Shown here: piece by piece, positions 36,494 to 51,761 of the stretch
Layout: every line of letters begins with the position of its first letter
Position numbering within the stretch: the stretch's first letter is position 1
NCBI RefSeq assembly: GCF_040938485.1
Contig: NW_027271504.1
Coordinates: forward strand, 1,364,001 to 1,428,000
Direction: 5' to 3'
From: Diadema antillarum
Taxonomy: Eukaryota
DNA: 64,000 bases
Made by a program: the position numbers and the translations under genes
The notes under the pieces: model-generated
Told to the model about the DNA's origin: nothing
The model's database searches: none
What the model saw: the letters and a program-made list of their open reading frames with translations, nothing else

Positions 36494-39400
36494 GGGTTTC
36501 CATGGCAACCATACCTCACCGTCTTAACAATGAAGCCTGCACAGTCCCTGCAAGTCAAAGCTGCCAATTTTAGCGAATCCTCAGGATTGATCGCCTGTCT
36601 GTTTAAGTGGATGTATGTATATACTAGACATATAGGACAGGATCTGGTGATATACTAGAAATTGCATGTTTTTGGTCCAGGACCGTGCTTGAGAAGGATA
36701 ATCCACACCATTTCTGTCCGGCACAACATGTGAAATACAGTTACAGTAGTAAATGTATTTGTTTAAACTCGTCTATTTTCCCACTGGAATGCTCTTTCCA
36801 GGCAGAGGCTTCTGTATTCCCTGGGCATGATATTATTTTCAACTTATTCAAGTTTTGGTGTTCTACCTTCTATCCTTTTTCTTGCAATTTTTTTTTTCTT
36901 TTCTTGTAGATTTGATTCTATTTTCTTGAGTTGCAGCAACTGGCTATGGATCTGTTTTATTAGTGTTATATAATGACAACAATTCATGGCTTCAGATGTT
37001 TGACTTGCAAACCTAGGTTTTGTATGTTTAACAAAAAAGTACTTAACTGAAATTATGTCCGAGTCTAGTGGTTAGACTGGAGTATTCAGTATAAGATTGT
37101 TGAATGCCTTAAGCGTCATCTGTATTTCTTACGTAGATTTATATGTGTGTTTAGACGAGTTGAACGAGTAGATGCTGGTAATTCTGTAACGCTTATATTT
37201 AAGTCATTCTGAGCTTTTGTGATCCCAAGTCTAATTTTAAGGAGGAAAGAATGTCAGAAATTGATGCTGATGAAAGAAATGCATTCTCCCCTTCATTTTT
37301 TTCCCCCCTTGAGGTGTATAATGGGTTTGCACTGTAGCTGATGAAAACTTCACATGATAGCTCCTTTTGAATTCAATAATGCTGCAAGTAAGTTGTATGG
37401 AAATTGTGAAAAGTACCAGTATGGCTGCAGAACATGTTTGCAATGCAAACCATGGGATAGAGTGGAGAAACGTTTTTAGCAGAGTGTGGGAGATATCAAG
37501 TCTTGATGCTCAGGGTTAAGTCTATAAATTGTATGACACTTCTGCTGACAAAGAGAGTCTATCTATCATTGATCGGGTTGTAAATCTGTCATGAGCCGTG
37601 TTATTGTTGGCAAGGGATGAAGCCTGACTCTATGCTATGAAACCATTTTCACTGGCATCTATATGGTCATGGTACCTTTGTCATGCTCTTGAGGCACAAT
37701 CATTCACTTTGCAATCAATCAAGTAGTAGTCGTACCTCATGTGTTCTGTTTGTATGCTGCATTTCGTGCACACATCTTGTGCTGTAAATTCAGACTGGTA
37801 TTAAGTTAAGCAGACCTAGGTAAATTATGCTCTTTTGCATGTTGGTCAATTCTAAAGTCTTTATGTAAGTCGTCATAAACGAGTACAATGAAGCTTTCTT
37901 CCACTACCTCCCCCCCCCCCAAAAAAAAAATAAAAAATAAAAAAATAAAAAAAAAATAAAAAATGTAATTACAACATAATTCTGATACTCACTTAACAAA
38001 TTCTAGGTGTGTATGTTTGTAATGTAACATTCCAGAGTTCCCTTATGTGCCAATATCTCCCCAAGCACTTTTCTTTTGTCTTATGCTGCCGATTGTACTG
38101 TTGAGAAGATTATTTGAAACATAAGGTCATTAAAAATGAGTAAGATGTAAGTGCTACTAGTAATTGACTCCCCATGGATATTTGTTTTCAGGCCTTTGCA
38201 TTGCCACTCTCCCCCCCCCCCCCCCCCCCCCCATTACCACCACCAGTTTGCACATAACATTCAAATATGACTGTTGGGTAATATGCACAAACCACCTGTG
38301 TAGGGTGCATTGTTTAAAAGACCACCCATGCAGAATGCTCTCCCCTCATAATGCACCCCCTTCAATTTCTTGATCAAGTTTGTGTGGATATAAAAGTGAC
38401 AAACTATGCTTGACACAAAATTTCTCCATTCTATGGAATTAGCTCACACTGATGTAAAAAATTTTGCAGGCGAGTCTCCAGGGGGAAAAAAAGTGATTGC
38501 AGACCAATTGTAATTCTAGTTATAATTTCCATAAATTATGATTATTAAATGTATGCAGATTTTGGTTTCTTTTTTGTTATTGTCATATAAGTGAAATCTA
38601 ATTTGAATTTATGCTGACTGTAAGTGGGCATACTGGGAACATAGTGTCAAAAACTTGAAGCACAACATCTGCATTATCTCATGGGCCATTTCATGTCAAT
38701 GTGTCTGGAATACATGGGTTAGCTGAAAATGCTTTTGCACACGTACCATGTAGACATCTTGTATTGACTTGTCAGAGTATCTCAGGCATACAAAGAGAGC
38801 CACAAACTAAATATACATGTATGTATGTGGGAATTTTCCCTCGAATAGATGGATGAAATAAAAGATAAATGAATGAAAACAGTCTCCAAGTCTCATATTG
38901 CCTTCTTGTTGGGGAATCCCCCTCTCCCAGACCTGCTTACAATTTACACTGAAAACTACTCAAACTTTAGTACAATGTACTTGGATAAGATTATCACACC
39001 TATAGATGAAGTGGAAATGAGTATGGAGGTAGACATTGTAATTGCTGAAAGTGGAATCACTCAATCTTTTGTCAGATGTTCAGCTACGTTTGGGTTTTGT
39101 GGATTCTACGCCCCATTTTGTAGAACACTTCGTGATTACCAATTGTACGGGAACATCTGTGAACATATGAACAGCTGTTGGCATTTTAGTTGATACATTG
39201 CACATTGTGTACTATGGTAACTGCAATTGTGGAAACAATCTGTAGAAATGTGGTACATCTGTACTTTAGTAATGAAGACAAAATGTGTATGTTGATCACC
39301 ATTGCTCTGTATTTTAATTTACGATCTGTCAGTGTAACTTACCTGAAAACCTTCCCAATCCTCCCCCCCCCCCAAAAAAAAAAAAAATGGCAATCATGAA

Positions 39401-39714
39401 ATAGTTGATGTACCTGGTACCAACAATACAAAAGACAGATTTTTGTGATTTTTAGACTTATAGATTAAGAATCCCCATGGTGTAGATCATTAATTTGTAC
39501 ACACTCCCTTGCAAGCCATATACACAAAATACTGTATAGTAAGAACACAAACACATATGTATAAAGCAATAATTACAGTGTGCCACTTTTTAGAACATCT
39601 TTTCATTCAAATATGATCTTTGGATACTTTGTAGAAGTTGGGTGAAAATGCAATTTAGCAATGGTTAAGATTGAAAGATGGACAAAATTGGGTTATCTGA
39701 ATCACTTGTAGATG

Positions 39715-40016
39715 CAGAGCTCCAACTCTGCCGTTTTCGACAGGAGATCTCCCGCCGAAAACCCATTTTTGCAAAATCTCCCGTTCTCCCGTTTGAGATT
39801 TAATTTCTCCCGCCCTGGCTCTTTGTCTTCCGTTGGAAATGATTTCTTACATATTTCTATCGTATGTTAAAAAAATAAGTCTTAGATAGCACCAGAGAGC
39901 ATCTAGAACCCTGGGAATTTCGCGCTTCGCACACATCAACTTTGAGTCTCCCGTTTGCTAGGGGTTTCAAGCAGGAGAATCTCCAGATCAGAAGGTACTT
40001 TCGGTTGGAGTCTCTG
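39715..40016. mobile_element. MITE with CAGAG(A)CTCCAAC TIRs and 6-bp TSD
   Basis: cagagctccaac at 39715 and gttggagtctctg ending at 40016. TAGATG is duplicated at 39709-39714 and 40017-40022. TCTCCCG motifs repeat internally. Confidence 0.8.
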
Positions 40017-43000
40017 TAGATGTATTGTCACAGTTTTATTAAAAGTACATGTTGGGTTTGTATAAAGGAACTGTTGGAAGACTCCAAGAGAAAGCAGCAA
40101 GATTCTGTGATTACTTTATGAAGACGAGACATTTTTAATGAAACAAATTTTGCATGTTTCCACTGACTTTACATACATGCATTCTTAAATCTCACAAAAT
40201 GTACAGTACATAATTCTGTTCATACATCTTTGACGTCTATCTTGATATAAATACAGTCAACCTTGCGTAAATATATTTCCCCAAAAGATCTGATCTTTCC
40301 CTTGTATGCCATGGACACAAATGATGCTGTGGTTAATTCGTCCTGAGACTTTACATTATGGTCACAAAACTCTAGTATTAATACAACCTGTGATCAGCAG
40401 CAACAGCCAAAAATTTGTGATATACATGGCAGCTAATTTGACCAATGACCACTGTTGTATAATATCATATTCAAAAATATCCAGCATTGCCCTTACTGCA
40501 TATTGCCATTGACATTGAGAATGATGATGGACAGAAGATAAATCATCATTCATTCACCAAAGGTACCTTCATCCTCACCATACATATCCTTGTTGTAAGA
40601 GGGCTGTTTTCCACAAGTTCTTCACAATAGCTTTAACGCCTTTGTACCAAAGTGGGTTCTTGCTTATGAGCATTAAACTGCTTTCTGTATAGGGGTCAAG
40701 TAAAATGAATCCATACACAACTAAAAACAAACAAACAAACAAACAAACAAAATAACAATAATTGCAATGCCTTGTAGGCAGAATGAAAGTTGATCCTTTC
40801 ACAGACAATGTTGCAGAATGAGTGCAAGGCAAGGTAAATGTACAGACACAGTGTTTGCAGGTGTTCAAACAAATGCTTACATTTTGGCACCTTTTTGGAG
40901 GGAGCAACATTTAAACTGTCCACTGCACCTTTACTACATCTCACACATATCAATGAACAGTTAATATTTAGTTTTCAATGTCACAAGGTAGATGAAGAGA
41001 ATGGGTTCGCAAAGTGGAAAAGCAGTTGGAGGTAAGAGAGAAGCTGGACATATCTCCATCCGGTCCTTGACCAGGGCAGTGTCCAGCAGGCTGGCACTTG
41101 CTACATAGCACGGTAATATGTCACATCATCATCATCATCACCTGATATCGCAATGGCATTTGGAAAGCAAATGCTACCACTGCAGGTTTTTTACTGGCTG
41201 TCCTGTTGGCTTCTCATGGCTTGGGCTTAAAACATCACTACATGCATAGTACAAACACTCAGAACTGAAGTCTTCCTGGGTAATCTGCAACCTTGGGGCT
41301 TAGTCCTTACTGTTTGTTTTAATAAACTACTCTCCCAGCTCTAAATGAACTCCTCTCATTGTAATTTTCATGCTCACTGTGCAAATGCTTGACTGTCAAG
41401 CAATGTCCGTAAACTGTTGTGGTCATCCAGTATTCACTCATTCATGGCCACTATAGTGTGCATACAAGATCATACACACATGCAACCGAGACTTAAGTTT
41501 TGTGCATGCACTGATCTCCAAAGTATGACATACTACAAAGTATTTACAATGGGAGGAATCTACGCCTCTTGTGATGAATCCTTTTTCTACTGCTGTCATC
41601 TTAATGGTGAATTGGGGACGTGGAAAGATGTACATATTCGTGGACAGGCATCAAAACAAATCTGCAGAACTGGGCTGCAGAAAGTACGTTGCCCTTTCAA
41701 AATCAAAACAACAACTCAACCTTGCATAAACAGATGTACATATTCAAGACAGATGTACATATTCTTAAACAAAGCTCATGAGTTTTCACAGTTTTCTTTA
41801 AAACTGCAGACTAGACTTATCAACAAGGATGGCAATACTTCAGAACATTTTCCAGTAACAGTCATCTCTTCACAATCTTGTCTGAAATTAATGACTATAG
41901 ATGCATTTATTCTCATGACATGTACTCAAAGGCTTCACTATACACATATTCATGCTATCTTTAATCATTCTCATTCTCCCTGAATTCATATAAGTATCTT
42001 ACTGATTTCTGTAACAGCATGACTTCCAACACTACCAGTCTCTGTTCTCCTTTGACTCTCAATAATGTATTTTGATTCATTGCTGCAACAATAAGATTTG
42101 CAAAACCATCTCATATATATCTGAGCACTAAATGCATATCAGCTCATTTCTCTAACAAGACATTCTAAAATATTCCACATGCTTGTAATCTCCAAGTGAA
42201 CAAAATTAGGCATTAGGCATTGGCAATTTGGAAATATGTATATGGATGCTGTTATCAAAAATCAAATCAGCTTCTCTGCATTATACTTTTAATCATTGTT
42301 AAGAAAAGTAGAGTTTGTCACAAAGAGGTATTTTCATATCTATTGAATTTTTCTTTTGCTACTAACAACCCATGTCTTCTTGATTGAAGTTGTGTGAATA
42401 CCTGTGTTTTAGACTAATAAATAACTTTTACATCACCAAACACACATATCCGACATGACTTGCAGTGTCTGACAAAAAGGATGAAATAAAATTCACCTTT
42501 TCTGCTTGCTTTTTCATCTTGACTCTTTCATGACAGAGTAACCAATGTTTTACTGCAGTCTCTTGGAACATGACAGTTACAGTCAAAACCTTGTCACCTT
42601 GTCACCTTGAAAATGGTAATTGATACTGTGGGTAAAATCTTTCAGTAACATGAACAGCATAAATTCTGCAAGTGCCGAGAATTCATTCACTGAATAGGTC
42701 ACAGACCTCACTTCTGACAGTATCCTAAATGTGCACGTTCCCAAGAAATGACCACAAAACTTCGGTTAACAATGATAAGGGCTTTAAGGTGCCTCGAACA
42801 CAATGGCTTAAGTGGCAACTTAATGTCCTATCATTCTCAACTAACGAAATTATACTATCAGGGGTACAGCTTTCATTAAAAAAGCAAAAAACAAAAACAC
42901 AAACTACAGAAATAATCATGTCTACAGTCCCTAGGAAATCCATTATCATCATGTTAATACATTGTAGACCTTAAAAGGGGTATAATCCACCCAAAAAAAA

Positions 43001-43348
43001 GAAAGAAAATGCACTGCTGTCTCCTGTCTTGCTCATCTCCTCTCAATGCAAAGCTCAAAGACTTTTCATATAATGCCTTTCAGCCTTGTAGATGGTGTCA
43101 CTTGCGGAGATATACCGGTAGGTCTTAGGTACAAGCACCAGCATAGCAAACTCAGAAACAACACATCCTTGATATACATATATATCCCCGTAATCTAATG
43201 CTAAGCTGCACATGGAACTGTCCACAGTAGACAACAGTTGTAAGGTTGTAAGGTCACAATGTTCCTCTGTACATTTTTTTTTTCCTCTGTAAAAAGTCTG
43301 GGAGATTTTTTCGCACCATTGCTCCTACCACTCCATCCAGACTCCAGA

Positions 43349-46300
43349 TCATGGCCTGCCTGGTCCGCTGCCCTCTTGTGGCGTCTGCATGCCAGGATGC
43401 ATGGGGATTTGACGAGTCTGTGTGACACCATGATGAGGCAGGGAGGGGGGGGGGGGGAGGGAGAGATACATTGTACAGAGAGAGTGAAAAGTGAAAGCTG
43501 CTCATACAGAACAATTTCAGCTTTCCTATTATAGGTGATGAAAGAAAAATAACCTGGGCTACCAAGAAAATAATATCTTAAAAGAAAAAGAAACATAAAC
43601 ACATACAACTTTGGTTTCTAGAATACATCTTGCAAAGCATTTCATGCCTCTCTGTCAAATATTAAAGCTTGTGCATCCCATTTACAACCCTGGATATTAG
43701 AATCCTTTCATATGCTGGTATATTGTAGAGGCAGGTACTACAGACCTCTCCTGAGAAAGATAAAACTGGAAACATTTTTATGATGGAGGGGGAAAAATAC
43801 TATAGATTTCCAAGTAATATAGTTGGACCAAAAAAAAAATCAAACCATTCATATTCTTGATACAAAAGGGGAGCACATTCTCAAGTGAAATGGGGTTGTT
43901 TTTAATTTCTTTTTTTTTAAACTACTAGTATAAGGTGTATTACTCTGAGATTCCATATGCAATGTTAGGAGATATTCAAAATTTCATGACATTTGCAAAG
44001 GAGATATACAACCTTTAATCATGCTAATCAGACTAAAATCGTAGCTTTTCAAATGAGAGAAAAACTCGCCAAGAGCTGTCCCTCTCTAATGAAAGAGGGT
44101 TGACTTGAATGCCCAACTTAATTTCGTGTTTTCATTTTGATTTCACTGCAATCCCTACCAGGCAATGTACTGGGAGGTCAAAGGTCAGAAATCAGTGAGA
44201 CGATCATACCTTCTTCTTCTTTTTCTTCTTGTCCCTCTTCTTCTTCTCTCCATCCTGGTCTCCGTGCTTCTTGGTCTTCTTGTGCTTCTTTTCATGACCG
44301 CTGTCACCTCCCGCTTCAGCTCCTGTAAATGAAATGATTGAGACAAAATGAGAGATGGAAGACGCACCACGATGACCGTCTACTCAATGCCGCACGAACT
44401 TTTTCATTTCTGGGTTTTTTTGTCATGTTTACTACTGTTTGTCTAGTTTACTGCAACAGTGAGAAAATTCTACTTCTTTATCTCCTTCTTGCTCTCTCTC
44501 TATTTATCTATCCATATATTTATCTATTCTATCTATCTTTCTCTACCCATCTGTCTCTATCTGCCTCTATCTATCTATCTATCTATCTATCTCTCTATCT
44601 ATCTATCTATCTATCTATTTATTTCTCTATCTCTCTATTCTATCTGTATTGCTCTATCTCTTCATCTATCTCTCTTTTTATCTCTCTGTCCATTTCTCTA
44701 TCTGCCTGTCTGTTTGTTATTGAAGGATTGCCATGTGCATCATATCCTTATGCTTTATTGGAATCATTTACAACTGATGGAGTACAAAACTCCCTTGCAT
44801 GTTTAAATTGTGAAGTACAACTTACTTCCTGGTCAAGCTGCTAAACAATAGCATTATAAAAATAGAACAACAACACCACCACTCTGCTTCAAACATCCCA
44901 AGCCCTCAAACCTCCACAGACCATACCTTGGGCCAGTCACCCTGGCCTATGCACCAACTGAACGCAGCGCATGCAGTTCTATCCATGAAAAGTACCTCAT
45001 TCAGTGCTTACACAGAGACCCAACTCAAACAAGAGACCCGGGGGTCTCCTGCTCACCTGAATATCACAAGCTCACCTTCCACACACTCTTGCAGACTGTT
45101 ACCCAATAAGAACACAGCAAATTTGGGCGAGCTTTGGGGGGGTTTCTGGGAGGGCATGGTGTCCATTCGCATATTCTATCACACTGGCAAAAATACCTGC
45201 CAACTTTGTAGAATATTTGACCATGCATTTTCTAAAAGAAAATCAAATGTGGAATTATGAAACTGGCCCCCAATTTGCATGTCCCAGCCTCAAAGGGGCC
45301 ATCATACAAAACAAACGAGTAGGTTCATTCACTAAAGTACACTGTGTTTACTAAAGTATTTCTGGTTTTATAGTAGACAACTTTTTAAAGATTCTCTAAT
45401 TTCAGGGGTCCAAGCCCAGAAAGATGAACAGAAGATGAAAGTGCGAAAGTTGGACCCAAATTTGGAGCCCCCCAAGAGAGACAGAGAGATTCTCCAGCCT
45501 TACCAGCACTCATGGGCTCATTGAGCTCTGGTATCCTGTGATCTCGTTTGTGCTTCTTGTGTTTGAGTTTCTTTGGGGGCTGATGATGGAGGAGCTTGTA
45601 TTGGTCCGGGATCTGTGCAGACAGGCAAAGAGACAAGAGAGAACATTGATGTGATGGAATGAACAAATATAACCAAATGGGCATAATGTGTGCTGGACTT
45701 GTCATAGACTAGGTCATGTTTGAGCATACTCTCCATTGTATCACCCGACTTCTTTTTTTTTTCTTCTTCTTCTTCTTCTTTTTGCTGATCACACAACTGC
45801 AGGGAGAAGAGGTTAGGACCCAGCCATTTGCTTCCTTGTTACTGATACCTGATTTCACATGTATTCAGTACAATGCATGCACAAAATGCACGGCACAAAC
45901 ATGCTCTAATACCTATGTGTGGAACTAAATTTGACATATTTCAGCGCTAACGATACCAGCACCAACCCCGGCCAAGAGTTTTAGAAAATACACGAGTTTT
46001 TAAATGTAACTAATATCATATGTCTCTATTTCTTTTTATAGTTTGGCCCTGTCTGTGTTGCTATTTCCTGCACGTAAGACTTTTGCTTAAAACTACGGAA
46101 TGGTGAAAATTGTCACCTTTTAGGTAGCAACAAGATGGAGACAGGGTAATACTTACTGATCCGGGGTGCAGCTTGAAGCCCTGGAGGGCAGAGGCACTGA
46201 GATGGGTGATCTCCTTAGTAATGGGCGGCTTCTCAATCACCGCCTGCAGACTGCTGTTGTCCTGAGAGCTCACTGTGTCTATATTTCCTGGAATCAAAGC

Positions 46301-46370
46301 ATTGTTGACCAAACATTTGAATACAATGGTTCACTTTTCATACGACTATTATTTTACTTTACTCTTCTTC

Positions 46371-46401
<31 letters not shown>

Positions 46402-47917
46402 GGGGGGGGGGGGGGTGGGGGGTGGGGGATTAAGGGCATTTGGTTACAGTCTAAACATATCCACTCACTTACTCCCTTGTAAACTATGTTATTTCCACAT
46501 AAAGTTCATTGTGCTGCAGGTATAACTGCCACTATGTACAGGGTAAGTGGATTTCATAATTTATGTCATTTGAAAGTCAATTTCAGGGTACAAGTATTTG
46601 AGATTACTGAAGAAAAAAAAAGTCACTGATTGTGGCAACAAATTAGACAAGTAATAGTGAAAAAGCACAGTGAGTGTTGACTTTATTCTTAATTACCCAT
46701 GATTGGTTTCTGGTGCCTAGATCAGGCATATATCAATGAATAAATGGTGAAGTTTTATTGTATTGTGGTGATGAGGATTAGTGTGTGGTACCAAATGTAT
46801 TTATTATTAAACTAGATGTACATGTACTTCTTACCTGGTAGGTGTGGCAAGAATGCACTGAGTTGGTCTTTGAGTTTCTTAGTAGAGAACTTGTTGAAGC
46901 TGTGTTCTAGCCCATAGTGGCTTATCATGTGGGTCTCTCCAGTGACTTCAGTTGAACCTGAAATTAAATTAGGTATCATAGCACAGAGAACTAGATAAGA
47001 TGGTGCGTACAGTGGGATCTTGATGTCATGCATTTCAATTAACATTATCAGATGTTTAATTGTTTCTTTGGCACAACTTATTGTTTGATGGACAAGCAGT
47101 CCTGACTACATGCAAGCAAATTATCACTCATTTCAAGAAAGAACTACAGTGTATACCAATTTCTGGTTTTTAAGGTTTTTATTCACTCAAGACTAGCCAA
47201 GTTAGTGAAGGTGGCGGTAATATTAATCATGCGACATGAGATAGATCTAGACCCTACTAGATTCTGCATTTTTTGGTTTATATTTATATAGATAGAAGTC
47301 TAAACCATACATGTACACCAGGACACCATTACCAGTTTAAATTTCACTGTTTTGATCACGGCATATTCTGTAGCACTATTGCTGTAGCTGTAGCGTAGTG
47401 TAGTGAGTGTAAAATGTCTAACGTTAACGTTACAAAAGTTTGATATTCACCGACACTCAGTTGGACGTTGCCGACACTCATCTTCCAAGCCCGTTAGTAT
47501 TCATTTTCCCCTAATGTGTTTATTCATGACAAACATGCTCGCCTTCCTTACACATTTCGGGTAACGTGACAGTGATATTCGATTCACTCTGATGTTTGAT
47601 TCACTCTGATGTTAGATTGTCGATACATTCAGACAGCCAGCTTAGCTCTGTTGCGGCTGTAAATTTATAACATGATTTGCAGTATGTGGGACTGCTTGTC
47701 AATAGCTGAATGTAAACACAACAAGCTCACCTGATGCGGAAGTTACTGAGTCTTTAAGCAGATAAAATGGATCTGGATCAATACTACTCGGGCTTACAAA
47801 CTGCTTAGATGACATAGGTGATCTCTGCCGGAGTGGAGTCGGCATTTTTGCTGGAATAACTCCGAAATTTGAGGTAGAATCGGATGGACTTCGCTTGAAA
47901 CTCGCAAGAGTATTCAT
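43349..47917 (-). CDS. MED19: Mediator complex subunit 19, 243 aa; exons 47917-47731, 46957-46835, 46287-46157, 45612-45504, 44322-44210, 43417-43349
   Basis: GT-AG introns with consistent phases (1, 1, 0, 1, 0); total 732 nt. Motifs: PFYLL, EVTGETHMISHYGLEHSFNKF..KKLKDQLSAFLPHLPG, DNSSLQAVIEKPP, GFKLHPG, QPPKK, Lys-rich tail, HPGM. Confidence 0.95.
44500..44705 (+). repeat. (TCTA)n and CT-rich microsatellite in MED19 intron 4
   Basis: Direct reading of the sequence. Confidence 0.9.
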
Positions 47918-48596
47918 GTTTGGGATTACGACTGAAGTTACGGGATCGAATAGCTGCACGTTAAAACAGAAAGAGATAATTGCGTTGCCGAATTGATAAT
48001 GAATCTCTTACCGATTATGACAAACACCTCGAGCAATTTGTGAGAGGGCCAGTTCAACGTGGAAAATGGTTTCCGGTGCATTTCTTCTATCAATGGGTCC
48101 CGGATAATAGAATTTGATCAATCTCAAATAGGATTAAACTTAGGTTTCATTCCATAGTGCGATTATTGCAAATATCAAACTGAAATTGCGATCAATCTGT
48201 AGGTCCTTTATTGTGCGGACTATTTTAACAATGACACAAGAAGTATCATGATAGGTGCCTATCTATAGTATGATTTGGTATTTTAGTATAGGCCCTACTC
48301 AGTGTATTACGAATTCAAATTTCCAGTAACCTTGAAATTGCTTTCATGACCATGATAAGTTACATATTCTGTATCTTATGATACTCTATTCATAATATGG
48401 ATGCCAAGAATTACTGATAAAGGACAAATTCGGGCCAAATACAATTACACTTGTATGTGTGGATTTGTAATGCATGCAGTAGGCCTATATACAGGCGTAG
48501 AACACACCAGTGAAAGTTGAGGAAAATTGGACAATCCGTTCAAAAGTTATGCATTTTTAAAGTTTCTACGACCGTTCTTGATGTCATGTACGTACA

Positions 48597-48751
48597 NNNN
48601 NNNNNNNNNNNNNNNNNNNNNNNNNNNNNNNNNNNNNNNNNNNNNNNNNNNNNNNNNNNNNNNNNNNNNNNNNNNNNNNNNNNNNNNNNNNNNNNNNNNN
48701 NNNNNNNNNNNNNNNNNNNNNNNNNNNNNNNNNNNNNNNNNNNNNNNNNNN
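48597..48751. other. Assembly gap (N run)
   Basis: Run of N. Confidence 1.
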
Positions 48752-49539
48752 ACGATTTTCAACACATTTTCATAATCATAGCAATCTGAAAGAATCACAC
48801 TTGAAGACAGGGGGACAACCGTGTCAGTAACAAGTCTAAGGAATGTGTACTTTCATGAGAATGAAATTTTGTGGAATTCTGTTTATATTTTCTTTATTAT
48901 CGTTTACATACGTGACGATACATCAGAAACTGTAATGAGTCTTCTCATCCAGCGATGGCTGCATTGCACAAGAAACGTTAAAGATTCATAACGTTTCAAT
49001 GGATTGTTTGATTTTCCTCAAACTTTCACTGATGAATTTATACTATACAAATATTGCTGCATTCACTCAATCTATACCCATATTTAGGGAAACTTGTCCA
49101 ATTGCAAATTTCATGACACTAAAATTTGCCAATGATTTTTTTTTCAACTTTCTATGAATGATTTAGAATCAATAACAACTTTTGAGAGCTCGAGAGTGAG
49201 TCAGCTAATCAAAGTATTAACCGCTCTGATTTGAGCTCCTCCTTTCGTTATTATTAACTATCACAATAACCTATGCCGTGGCCTTATGTTGAATGCCATG
49301 AGCCATAATAATGCCTTTATATTGACCTTCATTGTCGTGGAATGTAGGCCTACCCTATCTATTTTCACTGTATTTCCAAAGAGATCAATGTAAGTATATC
49401 TCTTGGTATACTATGCCTTTAGGCCTATAAAAGTACTCCTATATGGCGTTGATATCAGTAGTATACAGACCTTGACTGATACCCGCGGTCTGCGGGCTTG
49501 ATGTGAAGGAAAGCATGCTTTTACTTTTAGGAATTGACA

Positions 49540-49570
<31 letters not shown>

Positions 49571-50590
49571 AATTGATTTGAGTATATTTCCACTTGTGTT
49601 CACAAAAACAAGAAACAAATACAGTATACGATTGAGTCACATCGATTCTATACAACATTTTTTTAGGTACTCAAATCAAAACGTATGATAATATGAAAAC
49701 ATAATACATTTGCAACGATAGTAAATAAGAAAAAGTCAGGAGAGAAAGCGGAGGAGCCCTCCTAAATCAAAAGCACAACTTTCATTACCTATAGGCCCTA
49801 TAAGCCCCCGAAAATAGTCCCCGCGCCCGATTAAATCACATCATACTGAGACCCTAAACGCATAACAAAAAACAGAGTATATACCAGAATTGTATAAAGA
49901 ACAACAGCAACTAAAACTAAAGCTGAAGTTCCGCATTGAGAGAGAGAGAGGGGGGGGGGGGGATGGGAAGACAGGATACGAAATAGTCATATAGAGGGAA
50001 TAGATAAGACAAGTAGAGATGAAAAAGGAAAAGAGAGAGAGAGGGGGGGGGGGGGTTCTCGAGAGGACTGGATATCAAGCTGGAGAAAACTTTTATAATA
50101 ATTTGTGCCTAAATTGTGTTAATCAAAATAGACGTTTCTTTTAAACTTGCGTCCAATGAATTCCACCCAGTTTAGCCCTGTGATTGTTTTAAAAAAAGTG
50201 TTAGCAGGATAACGTTCTATTCAAAGGTATGTTTATAAAATCATATAGAGTTTAACTGAACACTGAGCTGAACAGAACTATTTTTAATGAACATTTCAGA
50301 AAATAAATCCATATCGACATTTATGACATTGTTTTCCCTATTTCGTATGGTTTTCACACATTTTGTGTAAAAATAGAATTATTTTGATTTTGTAATCATT
50401 ATCCCAAGTGTGCTTGGCAAATTGCCTCTGCAATTTCGTGGAAGGTAGACACTATTTTACACATGGGATTTGTTGCGCGATCGACACACCACCACAGTAC
50501 GGCCACATGTTACAGCGCTATACACCACGAAGGGGATTTTCACTTCATCTGCATCCTACAGTCACACGTGTGTAGTAGACACCGGCAAAA

Positions 50591-51722
50591 ATGGCGTTTT
50601 CTTCAACTTCATCGAGATTGTTAGCGAATATAACGAGCCGTGCTTTGACGCAAGGAAGACAATTTAGTGTACTGAATACATCAAAGAAATTTCTGTTGCG
50701 TGAACAACACGCGTCTCGTACATTCGCACGATCCATGTGGAACCTCTCAAGTAGCCGGCGAAACTCCACGGGCAATCTAGGTGATGGCACGCCAGGTCCG
50801 CAGGCGAACGGAGTCGGCACGACGACGGTCCACTGGCCGAGTAAAACGTGTTCATGTGGTTGCGGAAGCCGGGCGAGTCTTCACACAAAAGGTGTTTGCT
50901 CTTTCCAAGGCCAAATTTAATAGATACTTCTTCTTGTCAGAAAGTCTAACCATAGCCAAGTTTAAAGAGTAATAATAGGATTGCTGAGTAATTGATCGCC
51001 CAAGGATGCGGACATACAAAATGGCCATTTAATATGCCATTATGCCTGGGTTGCAGTGGTGTAAATTGAATTAAGTTGTAGACCAGGCGATGTTAGGGAC
51101 AGGGTCTAGGTTTTTGACCTTTGTTGAAAATATTATTAGAATATTGATCTTAGAATTCTACATTATTTTCAGTAATGTCTAGTGAGCCCCATGGCGTGCA
51201 GTATAACTATTGAAATTTAAATATGAAAAGTCGTCAAGGAAGATGCCAAATTATATCCAAATCTGACATCAGATGCAGATGGGAGATCTTTATTTGGTTT
51301 GATTTGTCTTGTCTTGTCTTTTTCCTTTCTTTCTTTCTTTTTTGCGAGTGGACAGTGATGTAGAGTAATCAGAATTTAGCTAGGATTAAAGGTGATGGCT
51401 AGTACCTGTAACCTGATCAGTACAGTGGGATTCAGTGGATAAGCTGGGGGATGATTGTTCCAATCCTTGTGGGATTCATTTAAGAGTACATTATATATCT
51501 ATTGTTGTGTGAAAATGATTTGCTTCAGAATGGTCTCATATTCAAGTAATGTGCAGTTCAATATTTCCAGGTTAGCATGCCTGTACAGTGATGGGGCGAT
51601 CGTTAACGGGCTGTTAACGATTGCTTTAGCCGCCATTTTTTTTTTTTTTTTTGCTCTCCTGAACATTTGACATTTTGTAGATACGAGATCTTGTCGCCCC
51701 AGCGACGATACATATGTACATG

Positions 51723-51761
<39 letters not shown>

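Noticed and set aside
41417-41983. 188-aa plus ORF
   Set aside because: No recognisable motif, AT-rich with no codon bias, starts at a non-ATG codon, and lies in probable MED19 3' UTR or intergenic DNA
44338-44844. 168-aa hydrophobic ORF resembling a membrane protein
   Set aside because: Translation of the (TCTA)n microsatellite in a MED19 intron
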